From assembly GCA_043228905.1 (NCBI GenBank), contig JBHGNT010000018.1, positions 14,074,001-14,138,000 of the forward strand: a stretch of DNA of 64,000 nt. The letters are read 5' to 3'. Shown here in pieces: positions 40,806-53,000 of the stretch. The DNA is from Azolla caroliniana (Eukaryota; Plantae; Polypodiophyta). The number at the start of each line of letters is the position of its first letter. Within the stretch, counting starts at the first letter, position 1. The notes beneath the pieces are model-generated. The model saw nothing but the letters and a program-made list of their open reading frames with translations, did no database searches and was not told where the DNA came from. The position numbers were made by a program, and so were the translations under genes.

Positions 40806-43590
40806 TGTCATGATATGGCAAAACTCGAACCCATGACCTTATGTTATATGGGTCGAGCTCTTGACCATTATACCATCTATTGTAATACGTAGGATATTAT
40901 TTTCATTTAAGTTTTATTATAGGAAATTAATGTATATTCTAGATTTCTCTGGAACATTCTAGAAGCTTCAAGATTACTCCTAAGAACACTATAAAAGAAG
41001 GCACTAGGCATTAAGTTGAACCAAATTTGTTCAACACCAGTTTTAAGCCTCTTAGCCACTTTGTACTTATCCTTCACATAATATATTAGTTGTTATCATC
41101 ATCTCTCTCTCTCTCATCCTCGCTATCTCTCTCTCCTCTTCTCTCTTTCTCTCTCGGGAATCTTACGCAGTCCCGTCCTCTTAGTACTAATAGTACTTCT
41201 CTTCTTTAGTACTAATTCTCTCTCTGCATTAGTACTATTCCTGACAGTTTGAACCAATTTTTTCCTCAAGCCTACTTGTCGTTCTCCCTCATCCTCCTAC
41301 CCTTTTCCCTATACTATGGCTACAGTTAGCGCCCAAGAATATCAATCCGTTTTCTCTTAGCTATAGTGCCTAAAAGAAAAACTTGTTTCCTTGGAACAAG
41401 AAAACCAACGGCTGGCAACAAATCACTCTAGAAAAACAACAAACGCAGCAACAACATGGGGAGTTAGCGTTATAGGTACAACAACTTGAAGCAGCATTGC
41501 AACAACAAGGATCGAGTCCCCAAGGATTTCATAAAGAGCCGAAGATTGGACTTCCTGTGAAATTTGATGGAACGCGATCGCAATTCCGGGGTTTCCTTAA
41601 TTAGGTACGATTAGTCATCCAAATGCATCCTTCCCGATACCCCACTAATGCATCCCGAGTCGGCCTAATAGGCACGTTGCTTAGCGGCTCAACCTTAGCA
41701 TGGTTCGCTCCAATTCTAGAAAAACAATTGCTCTTGCTTAAAAACTTTGAAGATTTTATTAGTGAGTTTAAAGCCTGCTTTGGAGACACCGACAACATTA
41801 GGACGACGATCAATAAGATCCGACGATTGCGTCAAGGCGATCATCCAGCCTCTGCCTACGCGGCGGATTTCCATCTACTCGCTTCAGATATCCCCTGGGA
41901 TGATCAAGCACTAATGGAGTAGTTTCGCTACGGCCTGCGAAACGATGTCAAAGATCTACTTCTAACATTCCCTGAAGAACCAAAGTCTCTTACGGAGGCA
42001 ATCACTCGAGCGGTTCGATGTGACAACCGCCTTTTCGAACGGCGTTCGGAACGTCAATTACAGATACCACGCTCTAGGCCGGAGCCCACTTACGCCTCAG
42101 TCACGGCTAAACCGTTTGCACGAGACATACCTTAAGCAAATACTCCGACACCGATGGAGATCGATACCATGCGTCCACGTGGCCCATTATCAGAAGAAGA
42201 AAAGCAACGACGACATGCAAATCGATTATGTCTTTATTGCGGTGGACTAGGGCATATCGCAATCAATTGTCCCCATAGGCCAAGAAGACAGGTAAATCAA
42301 TTGCGGTGGACTAGGGCAAACCCTAAACCCGAGTCAATTCTTCCCTTAGGAGTGTCTGATAGTATTAATAGTACTAATAGAGTGTTTGATAGTATTAATA
42401 GTACCGATAGCCCAAGTATCTCAAACAAATTTGAAATCCCTAGTCAATTAGATGAAGAGTTAAACGATTGAGTCTAGCCAAAATAGGAGCCGTTTGGTTG
42501 GACAGCCCTGGATCTATACAACCCATTAGTGGTTCCATTCCCTCCAAGCAAGTTAGCAATGTGTTCGTAGCCCAAGTCATGGTTAGTACTAAAAGTACTC
42601 CCCCAGTACATGTCCTAGCACTTCTAGATTCTGGAGCTAATTCTTGTTTCATGGATCGAAATTTTGCCCAAGCTTCTCAAATATCCTTAAGAAAACTTCC
42701 TTGCCCCGCATCTGTAGAAGTCATTGATGGTTGTCCCATTGCTTCCAGGAATATTGTAGAAGAGTCAAAACCCATTCAAGTTGTCCTAGGTAGTTTTGTG
42801 TGTGTAGTATCATTTACTATAATTAGTGGTCTAAAGCATCACATTGTCCTGGGATTACCTTGGTTTGAATTACATAATCCAGACATTGATTGGAGAACAA
42901 GAGAAGTCTGACATCGACAACCCCAAGGATCTACTCATCGAGTTTCGACCATTTCACTACGTCAATTACGCGAAGAATGACACAAGGAGGCAATGTTCCT
43001 ATTTGCAATATCAATACATCCTTCCAGCCCTATTAAAGAGAAATCCTTAGTAGAACTTCCGGTGAAATATCATCCTTATGCCAATGTATTTGACAAGGTA
43101 AAAGCCGATACTCTTCCTCATCATCGTCCCTATCACGACGTTCATATCTTGCACCTCGTCCTGGTGATCCAGTGTTTGAGAATCAAAAACAAGTAATCTT
43201 GGGACCAACACGATTGCACACAACGCGAATTTTTCACACCCCAATGGATTCCCGGATTACCGAGGCCATACATGCGAACTTGAAGATAGACAGTTTTGCT
43301 CAAGACATTCTGGCGCACATTGATACCTCTCGGACATCCTGTTCCTAGTCTCAGCAAGCAGGTATGGACTACCGACAATTCAAATATCATGATGGTTTGT
43401 TATTCTTTAAAAAGCTTGTATATGTCCCTGATTGCTCTTGTCGCCTTCAAATCGTCCAAAGTTGTCACGACCCCATATGGCGGGACAGTTCGGTAGCACT
43501 AAGACGTTGGATCTTGTTCAACGATCCTTTTGGTGGCCCCATATGCGACGTTTTGTCGACGACTACGTTCAGACCTGTGATGCTTATACC
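40806..43590 (+). mobile_element. Tcn1/Sushi-like chromovirus, 5' part (LTR 40806-41246, self-priming PBS, gag, PR, deleted pol)
   Basis: TGTCA...TGACA. PEG10-like gag (LPVKFDG.RS.FRGFL; MEID..RGPLS.EEKQRR...LCLYCG..GH....CP), protease ALLDSGA, integrase HHCC remnant. Confidence 0.9.
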
Positions 43591-46500
43591 AGTTCTCATC
43601 CTCATTCTACGCTTATACCGGTTCTCATACATTGTGCTCCCCATCCTTATATAGTGATGAGAAAGAAAGATATATTAACGTCTTCTAAGGCCAAAATTGG
43701 CCCATGAGAGAGTCTTAGCAATCCATGCTTTTTCTCTAACTATAGACTATATGCTTTCTCTAACATGCTTCTTCTAAAAGTGATCATGGTTTTTCTAACC
43801 TCATGCGTTTTTATCGACTATAGTGTTCATGCATGCTAGATGTGCATGTGTAGCTTTTTTCTATCATGCGTTTTTCTTCTAACTAAAGCTTTTTTCTAGA
43901 AAATATACATGTAAAAAACCTTTCTATGTTGGATATATGCTTTTCTAACACTTATGATGTGTTAGTTTAATGGTAAGGCTTTATATTATTAACATGGAAG
44001 TACAAGGTTCGAATCTCACGTTAGAGTTGACAATCTTCATGTTAGAGCCCTCCTTTGTTGAGATCTCATCCTCGGTAACACCCTTCAAATCCTCTTGGTC
44101 CTTGTCATCTGTGGTAGTGTGCCTGCTTGGCCTCTTCCTCATGTTCACCGGCCTCGATTGTTTCGACCTCCGATTGAGTCGTATTAGCTTCTTTCCGATT
44201 CGTTCTCGTCCAATCGGCTTTCGATTGGATTCGTATTCGGATGAATTGGACTCGGTTGATCGGTTTCGACCGAGTCGGCCCCCTTCCGGTTCAGGTTCGA
44301 CCCATCGGTTTCGGTCTGGGTTGACTTTCTTTTCTTCATGTTCACCGGATTCGACCGATTCGACTTCTGGCTGAGTCGGATTAGCTTCTTTCCGATTCGG
44401 TCTCGTCCGATCAGCTTCTGGATCAAACAATTTCCGTCTGGGTCGGGCTCGACCGTTTCAATTTCAACTGAATCCACTTCTGCTTGGTTCGTCTTTTGTT
44501 TAGATCGGAGGATCATCTTCCATCCGAACCGGCTTCTGACTTTACCTTCCTTGCCGCCATCTCTCGTCTCTCTGGTCTCACGTTAGTTCTTGGACACAAC
44601 CGCCAAAGTCTCTAGAATTAGTTGGCAGGAATCCTCGGTATTACCGTCTTTCATCGTTTCTCCCATAGCCACCTTCTCAGCTATCTCTCTGTCGTATGTG
44701 ATGAGGTAGAGATGATAGAAAGGAGAGATAAGGAAGATAAACAAACCCAAAACCACAAAGATCTATTTCTAATGAATAATTATGATGGAAGGAAGAGAGA
44801 AAGAAGATACATAAATCCAAGTCTACAAGGATAAATTGATAACAACTCAACCAACACTACGTGAATAGGCAAGAAAACATCACAACAAAGAGACTCTCTC
44901 TACACCACCTTACTCTTCTTCCTTTATATAAAGTTCTCTTCCACTGGATAAGCTTCCCTTGCTTTCTTTTTTATGCTTTGTTTAGAGTTTTCATCGAGTC
45001 CTATTCTTATCTATGACACAACGATCTTCAAATCCTCATATCTCCCTCTTGCAAGCTCTAAATTTATGGATAGCTCTCTTCACAAGCTTTCCAACCCATA
45101 TTTGCACATTATATTTGGCTTCCAAACGAATGAGTTATGAGCATTCGTTGCAGACTGCGTTTTGGTGCCCACGTTTTTCTTCTTTTACTTTTCTCCACGT
45201 GTCTTGCTTTTTGTTTGACTTATCCTCAAGACCTTAGCTCGTGATCTTGCCCTCCGGATGTGAATGCACCATACCTTATATTCTTGTAGACTTCAATACC
45301 TTGAATTCTAAAAACACTTTCACAGTATGCATCAGGTTCGACCTTCGTTTTCTCTCCGCCATCTTCCGTCTCTTCGGTCTCACGTTGCCTTCCGAACACA
45401 ACCACCGAAGTCTCTGGAATTAGTGGTGGGAAAGTCTCGACATGGCCATTCGTCATTGACTCATCCATAGCCATCTCCGACTCGATGTCATCTTTCGTGT
45501 CTACCTCCTTAATCATGTCCGCCTTGCACTCTTTATCTCCCTCGATAATGCAAGCATCGATTATGCTTACCCCTTTTTCACTCGATGTTTCGGACACTTG
45601 TGTCCCGAAACCTTCTTCCACCCTTGAAGTAGCATTCGCCACTCTCAAGGCATCGGCTTTATCCTTGGTCGTTGTTCTTTTGCAAGAAGAGAGGATAGAT
45701 TGTTCCACACCCTCTCCTGTAGTACTATCATATTGTATTTCGGCCTTCATATCGGCGACATCATTCATTCTCAATCGATCATCCCTCATGGACCATGTTG
45801 ATGCCAACGAGATTCTCGTCTTCCTCTTATCATGTCTCCAACATACTCTTTCGACTTTGGCCCAATCCTCGGTGAGGCCATTTGCACCGTCATCATCTTC
45901 AAGTTCGATCCTGATGGCCATCCTTTCTTTCCAATCGATCGATCTTACAAACATTAGGACTTTATCCTCCCCCACCAATCTTTGTTCCCGCTCCGAGAGT
46001 TGAGCAAAATGATACTCGAACTCTAGGAATGCTTTTGTCGCGCTTTGGTGGATCTTCACTGATGCAACCAACTCGTCGAACTCACGCCGATCTCATCCCT
46101 TCGGTCTCTCATAGTCATATGCCTCTCGCAAAGCTTCTTCAAAGGACCCCCATGTTGGGTTTTGTTGCCGCATCTTGTGGATTCTCTCTTGTAGCTCATC
46201 CGGGGCCACCCGACTGAAGGATATCATCATCGCCACCTTGTAGTCACATAGATAACGTGACACATCCTCTCTATTTAATTGCCCGTTTCTTTGCACAAGC
46301 CGCTCTATTGCCGATTTGATTTCCGACATCAAGCGTTGTTCTTGTAATATGCGGTTGAGCATCATTGTCATCATGGTCATCGCCTCTTGTTGATTCTCCA
46401 TCTCCTTGCCACCTGTCTTCACATCGGGTTCACCAACTGTGTCGTGCCTTTGGGCACCGGATCATTGTGTGAGTCGGGTGGGAACCGCCGGGGTTTAGGA

Positions 46501-47203
46501 CTAGGAGGAGGAAGAATTTGAGATTAATCTAGTTATAAATAGATTTTAAGAAAGAGATATAAAAACCTCGTGAATCCCACGAGTGTAATGTATTTTATTT
46601 AATCAATATTAAGATAAGAATATGAATTTGGATTGAAAGAGAAAGATATAGAAACCTCGTGAATCCCATCAGTATAGTTTATTTCGTGAATCCCACGAAC
46701 ATAATTTATTAATTGGTGTTTTTTTAGAAATATATCCAATTTCCAAAGTTTTCACACCTATTATATTGTGCTCCCCATCCTTATATAGTGATGAGAGAGT
46801 CTTAGCAATCCATGCTTTTTATCTAACTATAGACTATATGCTTTCTCTAACATGCTTCTTCTAAAAGTGATCATGCTTTATCTAACCTCATGCGTTTTTA
46901 TTGACTATAGTGTTCATGCACGCTAGATTTGCATGTGTAGCTTTTTTCTATCATGCGTTTTTCTTCTAACTAAAGCTTTTTCCTAGAAAATATGCGTGAT
47001 AAAAACCATTCTATGTGGGATATATGCTTTTCTAACACTTATGATGTGTTAGTCTAATGGTAAGGCTTTACATTATTAACATGGAGGTACAAGGTTCGAA
47101 TTTTGCCCTATGCATGTAATATACATTTCTTTCTTTTTCTTTATATTTATTAAATTTGGTACTTTATACGTTTTTCACGTACTGTACGAAATACACTACG
47201 ACA
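43590..47203 (-). mobile_element. Pol-less tRNA-Trp-primed element (5' LTR 46440-47203, PBS 46418-46435, gag-like ORFs, partial second LTR ~43590-44030)
   Basis: TGT...ACA LTR ends (TGTCGT/ACGACA). PBS TGGTGAACCCGATGTGAA. 43630-44010 duplicates 46765-47100. ORF 45226-46071 is homologous to 437-1492. Confidence 0.8.
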
Positions 47204-47631
47204 CCAGACAACCGGATGTTGTACACGAAGGTGGATCGGTCTCATGGTCATGGAGGACGAGGTGGGTCGCCATGCAATAGTGGCGGCAGGCAAGACCAGA
47301 ACAGGAGACACAAAGATGGTGCCGACATCAGTTCCAGACCCTCCACACATAGGGGGAGTCAAGGCGGCACCGGAAACCGGCAATCTAAAGACAACACGGA
47401 ATGCTAGTATTGTGGCAAGAAAGACCACCAAGAAAGCGAGTGGTCGATGAAGCACACCGATTCGGATAAATCCGGATCTGGCAAGGTTGGACAAGAGAAC
47501 CGGCAAAGCTCACACTATGCAAAAGGATCGGAAGGATCCGAAACCGGAAAGATCGAAAGGATCCGAAACCGGAAAGATCGGAAAAGGGCCAGCCTTTGTG
47601 ATGAAGCATAAGGCAAACTTGATGAAGAAGA

Positions 47632-50002
47632 TGCGAATGTTAATGTGCGGAAGCGTCAGACAGAACTGACTCAACCGGATAGCAACAGAAAATGAGATGA
47701 AGGTTTAATGGAAAAGCTTAAAACACAAAGTATATACGAGAGAGACAAAGAGAGTAGAACATAGAACTATATTCAAAAATTAACTCTAAAACTTTGTACA
47801 TACAACGTGCTAAGCAACACTATTTATACAAGTTCATAAAGGAATGACAGGTACTTCAATGCACACACGCGCGACTAATAGTAACTACGAGACAATGATT
47901 ACCTAGTAGTCTAGGCTACTACTAGGCTTACGGTTCCTGCTCGAATCCGGCTCCCCGATCCGGCCGGTTGTTTCCGGATACCAATCCGGCTCATCCTTCC
48001 GGATGCCGATCCGGCACAGGCTTATTCAGCTGATCCGGATCCAGTTGAGCTTGCTCGCTCAACACTCCCCCTCAAGCTCAAGCTTAGGTCGGATCGTGGT
48101 GTTAGTGTCCATGGCAGCCGGTTTGACTACCCGGCTCCTTTTGGCATTCCTCCGCCTCACTTGCGTTCCTCGTCCAGTCCGGTCTTGTTTGTCGCGACCC
48201 TTCTGGTTCTGTGCAGCTCGACCTCCTCAGTCGGCTTGTCTGCTCAACATGCCCATTTCAGCTCCCTCGTTGCTGCAACTCAGGCGCTTGTCGACCCGTC
48301 GGTTCCTTCGTGTTGGCGTGTCCGTGTCCGCTTGGCCTTTAGTTGATCCGGCTTCTCCGAATCTTGATCCGAATTGGTTTCCTTCGATTCGTTCCAACTC
48401 TTGTCCGAGTAGGTGTTCTCCAACTCGTCTTCCGGTTTCAAGCCCTTCACCACACCGGACCACGTCTGGGTCTTGGCCGTTTTCTTCTGGTCGGCTCTGT
48501 CCTTCTTGACTCTGTTGCCACTGCCGCTTGTTCCGACCTTTTCGGATGTGCCGACTCCTTCGGTCGGCTTGGCTTCCTTTTTCCTCTTGTCTCCCCCTTT
48601 GTTGACCTTCTTTTTTCCTCTCCGGCTCCTTGTCTGGTGCCATCCGTTCCCTTTCCTTTTCTCCCCCTCAAGTGCGGCACGTCGAGATGCTGACCACCAA
48701 GCATTTTGGTGAAGTGCTGCAACTTCTCTGATCCGAGCGGTTTGGTGAAGATATCAACAATTTGCCAATCCGACTGAACATACCAAAGTGCCACTTCACT
48801 GCTAAAAACCCGCTCACGCACGAAGTGATAATGCACTTCTATGTGCTTTGTCCAAGCATGGAACACAAGTTCTTGGCGAGTTGAATGTTGCTCACGTTGT
48901 CACAGTAGATCAGGATCGGGGTCGGTACCTCAATCCTTAGGTCTTGTAGTTGTCGCCGAAGCTAGATGGCTTCACAGGTGGCATTGGTAGCACCCCGGTA
49001 CTTAGCCTAAGTACTCGACAAAGCCACTGTTGGCTGCTTTTTGTTGCTCCACGCAACAGTCGCGCTACCTAGAGAAAACCTGTAACCGGAGGTGGATCGG
49101 CGATCCGATGCATCACTAGCCCAGTCGGCATCGGTAAATCTGACTAGCTTCCCAGCTATACCGTGTCGGTATAACAATCCCCGATCCTTCGTGCCACTAA
49201 CATACTGGAGTATCTGGTGTGCGTACTGAAGCTGCTCGACGGTCGGCCTCTGCATGAATTGGCTGATCACTCCGACCAGGTAACTAAGGTTGGGTCGAGT
49301 GATTGTCAAGTATATCAGGCTTCCGACGATTTGTCAGAACTGTTTCTTATCGCAGGCCGGTTTGGAGTTGGGACAAAGCTTCTGGTTCCGGTCTAGGGGT
49401 GTAGAGACAAGTCAACACTCCGTCATACCAAACTTGTACAACATATTCAACACATAGTGTCGTTGTGAGAGCAATATGCCGTCAGAGGTTCGGATCACCT
49501 CGATCCCAAGAAAATAATGAAGGTCCCCCAGGTCCTTCATTTCAAATGCATCTGATAGCTGGGACTTTACTCGGCCGATTTCATTGAGTCCGGGTCCGAT
49601 GATGACTAAATCATCAACATAAAGTAGGATGCAAACCGGACCATCCGGATGAACAACGATGAGTCGGATTTAGAGGTCACAAACCCCATCTTACGCAACC
49701 GGTGCGTGATCTTCGCATTCCAAGCTCAGGGGGCTTGTTTCAAACCGTAAAGCGACTTCTTGAGCCGGCACACCGCCGACTTGTTCATCTCTGACTGAAA
49801 TTTGGGAGGTTGGATCATATAGATCCATTCTTCAAGGTCACCTTGAAGAATCACATTCTTCACGTCCATCTAGTGAAGGTGCCACCCCCTTGCCGCAGCA
49901 ACCACCAGTACCACACGAACCGTCATCATCTTCACTACCGGAGTGAAGGTCTCATTGTAATCGATTCCCTGGGTCTGTGTGTATCCCTTCGCCACTAACC
50001 GG
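47632..50002 (-). mobile_element. Copia (second family) 3' part: RT, RNase H, low-complexity 3' extension, PPT, 3' LTR 47632-48064
   Basis: LLYVDDL; FTDADWA..DRRSTSGY; KKQPTVALSST; TKHIEVHYHFVRE; DIFTKPL; PPT at 48065-48075. Confidence 0.9.
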
Positions 50003-53000
50003 TGTCGTAAAGTGATACGACCGATTGGTGCCACCACGATTCCACACTTACCTCAACTACAACCACACATCTTGACTTGGTTCAGTGACCCATCACTCCT
50101 TGGAGATCCACTTGATTCAACTCATTGGAGTTGCTTTACATTCTAGACTTCTTTAGTATTATTGTTCTTAGGGATTTATTTTCATTATTTTGGAACAAAT
50201 GTTGTGTAGTCAAAACCATGTAATGTATTTAATGTGCACCATATAACGCACATGCAAAGTTTCTCTACATTTGTGCCACATGACCCACATGCTTTATATC
50301 GCACACATGCACAAGCTTCTCTAGGTGTGTGCCACGTGGCCTACATGTAATGACATTGATTTAGTATAAGAGGGGAGGATTATTGTCATGGACGGGGGGG
50401 GGGAACAATCAAAGAGTCCTATTTTCTAAAGGGTTTTTCTCTCGAAGAAATAGTGAATTTCCTATTTTGGCATTTCTTCTTCGTCTGCGTTTGAGTAGTA
50501 GCGTTGTACAGTATTTTCTTCATAACTCTCAAATCTGACCTCTGTTTTTGACATTCTATAGCTCGTTGGAAAGCTCTCCCAAAGGGCTTTCCAATCTATG
50601 TTTGTAAACTTAATTTGGTTATGTAGGTGGAACGATATAAGGTTTTTTGTCTTCACGGGTAGGGCTGCAAACCACTCGTGACTATTGAGATACTTCCGGC
50701 TCGACTTCCCACTCTTCTCTTTCATCTTCTTATTTCCACTCTCCTGGTTTAGAACCCCAGTTGTTCCACCCGGATATGCCAAGCTCTTATACGCGACGTG
50801 CTTCGACACGACATATGGTGAACCTAACGTGAAAACGGGCGGCAAGGAGAGTGAGTTCTTTGGGATTTTACCTCTTCGAACATGAATGCAGTAGAACTTC
50901 AATCAATTCTAGAAGTTGTTCTCACAGAGAGGGAGAGGAGTCCGAACCTAGATCGAGCTGTGGATGGAGTATTAGAGAAGTTGGGTCCATTCACTGCAAA
51001 GGATGTGAGCCGATTTTTGTAGGTGTTCGATGCAGAGATGTTACATCGAAATATTCCCGCTGATTTGAAGAAATCCAACTTCCATCGTGTGGTAGTTGCC
51101 GATGTTCCTCCTATCATAGAAGAGCTTCAAACGCAAGATGTTGAATGGGAGGCATTCCGTCGTGATTTGCTCGGTGTTTTTAATTATGCTGATTCCACCA
51201 AGATGACTCGGCGGGCATTTGAAGCTTGGGTGGAGTTGGACAAGAAGCATGGGTCAGTTCTAGAGACCCTTACTGATTTTGAAGCAAAGTTTCCGACAAC
51301 TCTCAGTTCGGGAGCAAACTTTGCTTGAACCAGAGAAGGTGGTTCTCTTCCTTCGCTCAGTTCCCAATGCGGATAGGGTAGAGCAAGGAAAACTTATAGA
51401 ATCAAGTGAAACTGAAACAGGTTTAGAGGAGGATTGGAGCCGAATTCGGTCCATCTACCTTCGATATGAGAAAAGAAGAACATGGTTGGACTCGAAGGGA
51501 CTTGGAAATGCTACTCCGACCTCCTCTTTGAAGACAGGGACAGGGATTGAGGCATCTATGGAGAAACAACAACCAAGTGATGTAGATGACCTAGTAAAGC
51601 AATTCATGGAGTGGAAGATTTCTTCCATGTCGAAGGTGCAACATCAGCCACAAGTGCAACGAACTCTTCTGACTAGGGATTTTCGATGCTTATGGTGTGA
51701 CAATTTGGAGCATCAAAGATCGGAGTGTGCGGAGCATCGGGAGGCGATGCAGAAGAACCTCATATTCTACAAGGATCGGTTGATCCACTCATCCGTGACT
51801 CGTCAACCACTACAGACAAATTTTGGGCGAGGAGGAATGAAAAAGCTCTTGGAGGAAGAAGAGCTTCGACATGCACAAGCTATTTTCCATTCTACTTCGG
51901 TCGTTATTCGACTAATTGAATTGCCCAAGCAAGATCCAACTATTCAAACTGTTCTTATTGAAGATGGTTGTCAAAGGACTGGTTGGAGTGATTCAACTTT
52001 TCCCACAAATTATGATGTGATGGTAGAGGAGAAGAGGAGAAGAGAGGAAGAGTTGGATCGTGAACAAGTTCTAAAGAGGGCTAATTTTCGTTCTCCATCC
52101 GAAAAGCAAAATTTGGACATGCAAAAGGCTGAACAAAACCCTGTACAAGTATCCAAGAAGTCATCTCCAACATTCCGGATGTGGACTGAATTGAAACAAG
52201 AGGTAGATGCTTTCTCTTTCATTGAAAATTATGTTCTAAAGCAACATGTCTCGGTTCCATTAGGAGACTTGTTGACAGTCTCCAAAAAGGAAGTTCAGGA
52301 TGATTTACTGGAGAATATGCGAAGAAAGAGAATTCTTGTTGATACAACAATGACTGCAAAGGAGGCTGGATGGAAAGAAGGATCTACACAAGTGCTGAAG
52401 CATGAAGATAATATTCCGAGGAGCCACTTTACTCAGAATCACTAGGCTCGGGCAACTACAGAAACAAAAGTACGACTTGGTGGTTTATCGGAGGCAGTCA
52501 TGGCTCTGATTGATAGTGGCTCGGAGATAAACCTCATGTCCTTGGAGGTTTACAAGCAAGGAGGGTGGCCGATGACTTTTGATCACCATTGGAGGATTCG
52601 AGCAACAACACAATCATTAGAGGAGTTATCTGGAGCTTGCCGAGATGTGGTGGTGTTACTGTGCTTCACCATTTCTTTATTCAGGATTCAGCCACATATC
52701 CAGTTATATTGGGGCAACCCTTTATGGTTGTTGTCCACATGGAGACCAAGGTATTGGATGATGGATCGTCCTATGCTCAGATCAAAGATATGGATGGTGG
52801 AAGGAAGTACAATTTCAGACAATTCAACCTAATCATGAAAGAAACAAGGATGGTTTACATGTATCCTCTGATTAGGATTTTTAGATAGGACTATTGTAAA
52901 ACAGGGCTATAATAGTCCAGGCCAACAAAAGTCCCTGTATGAGAATAATTGTTTCGAAAATAATAAAGTTTATGTTTCTTATACCAGAGCAATCTCATTT

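Noticed and set aside
41300-42471. Domesticated PEG10-like gene
   Set aside because: Contains stops, has an LTR and PBS, and a sibling copy; an ordinary retrotransposon gag.
44690-45324. Possible solo LTR inside the Trp-primed element
   Set aside because: Starts TGTCGT, but the right end and TSD could not be established.
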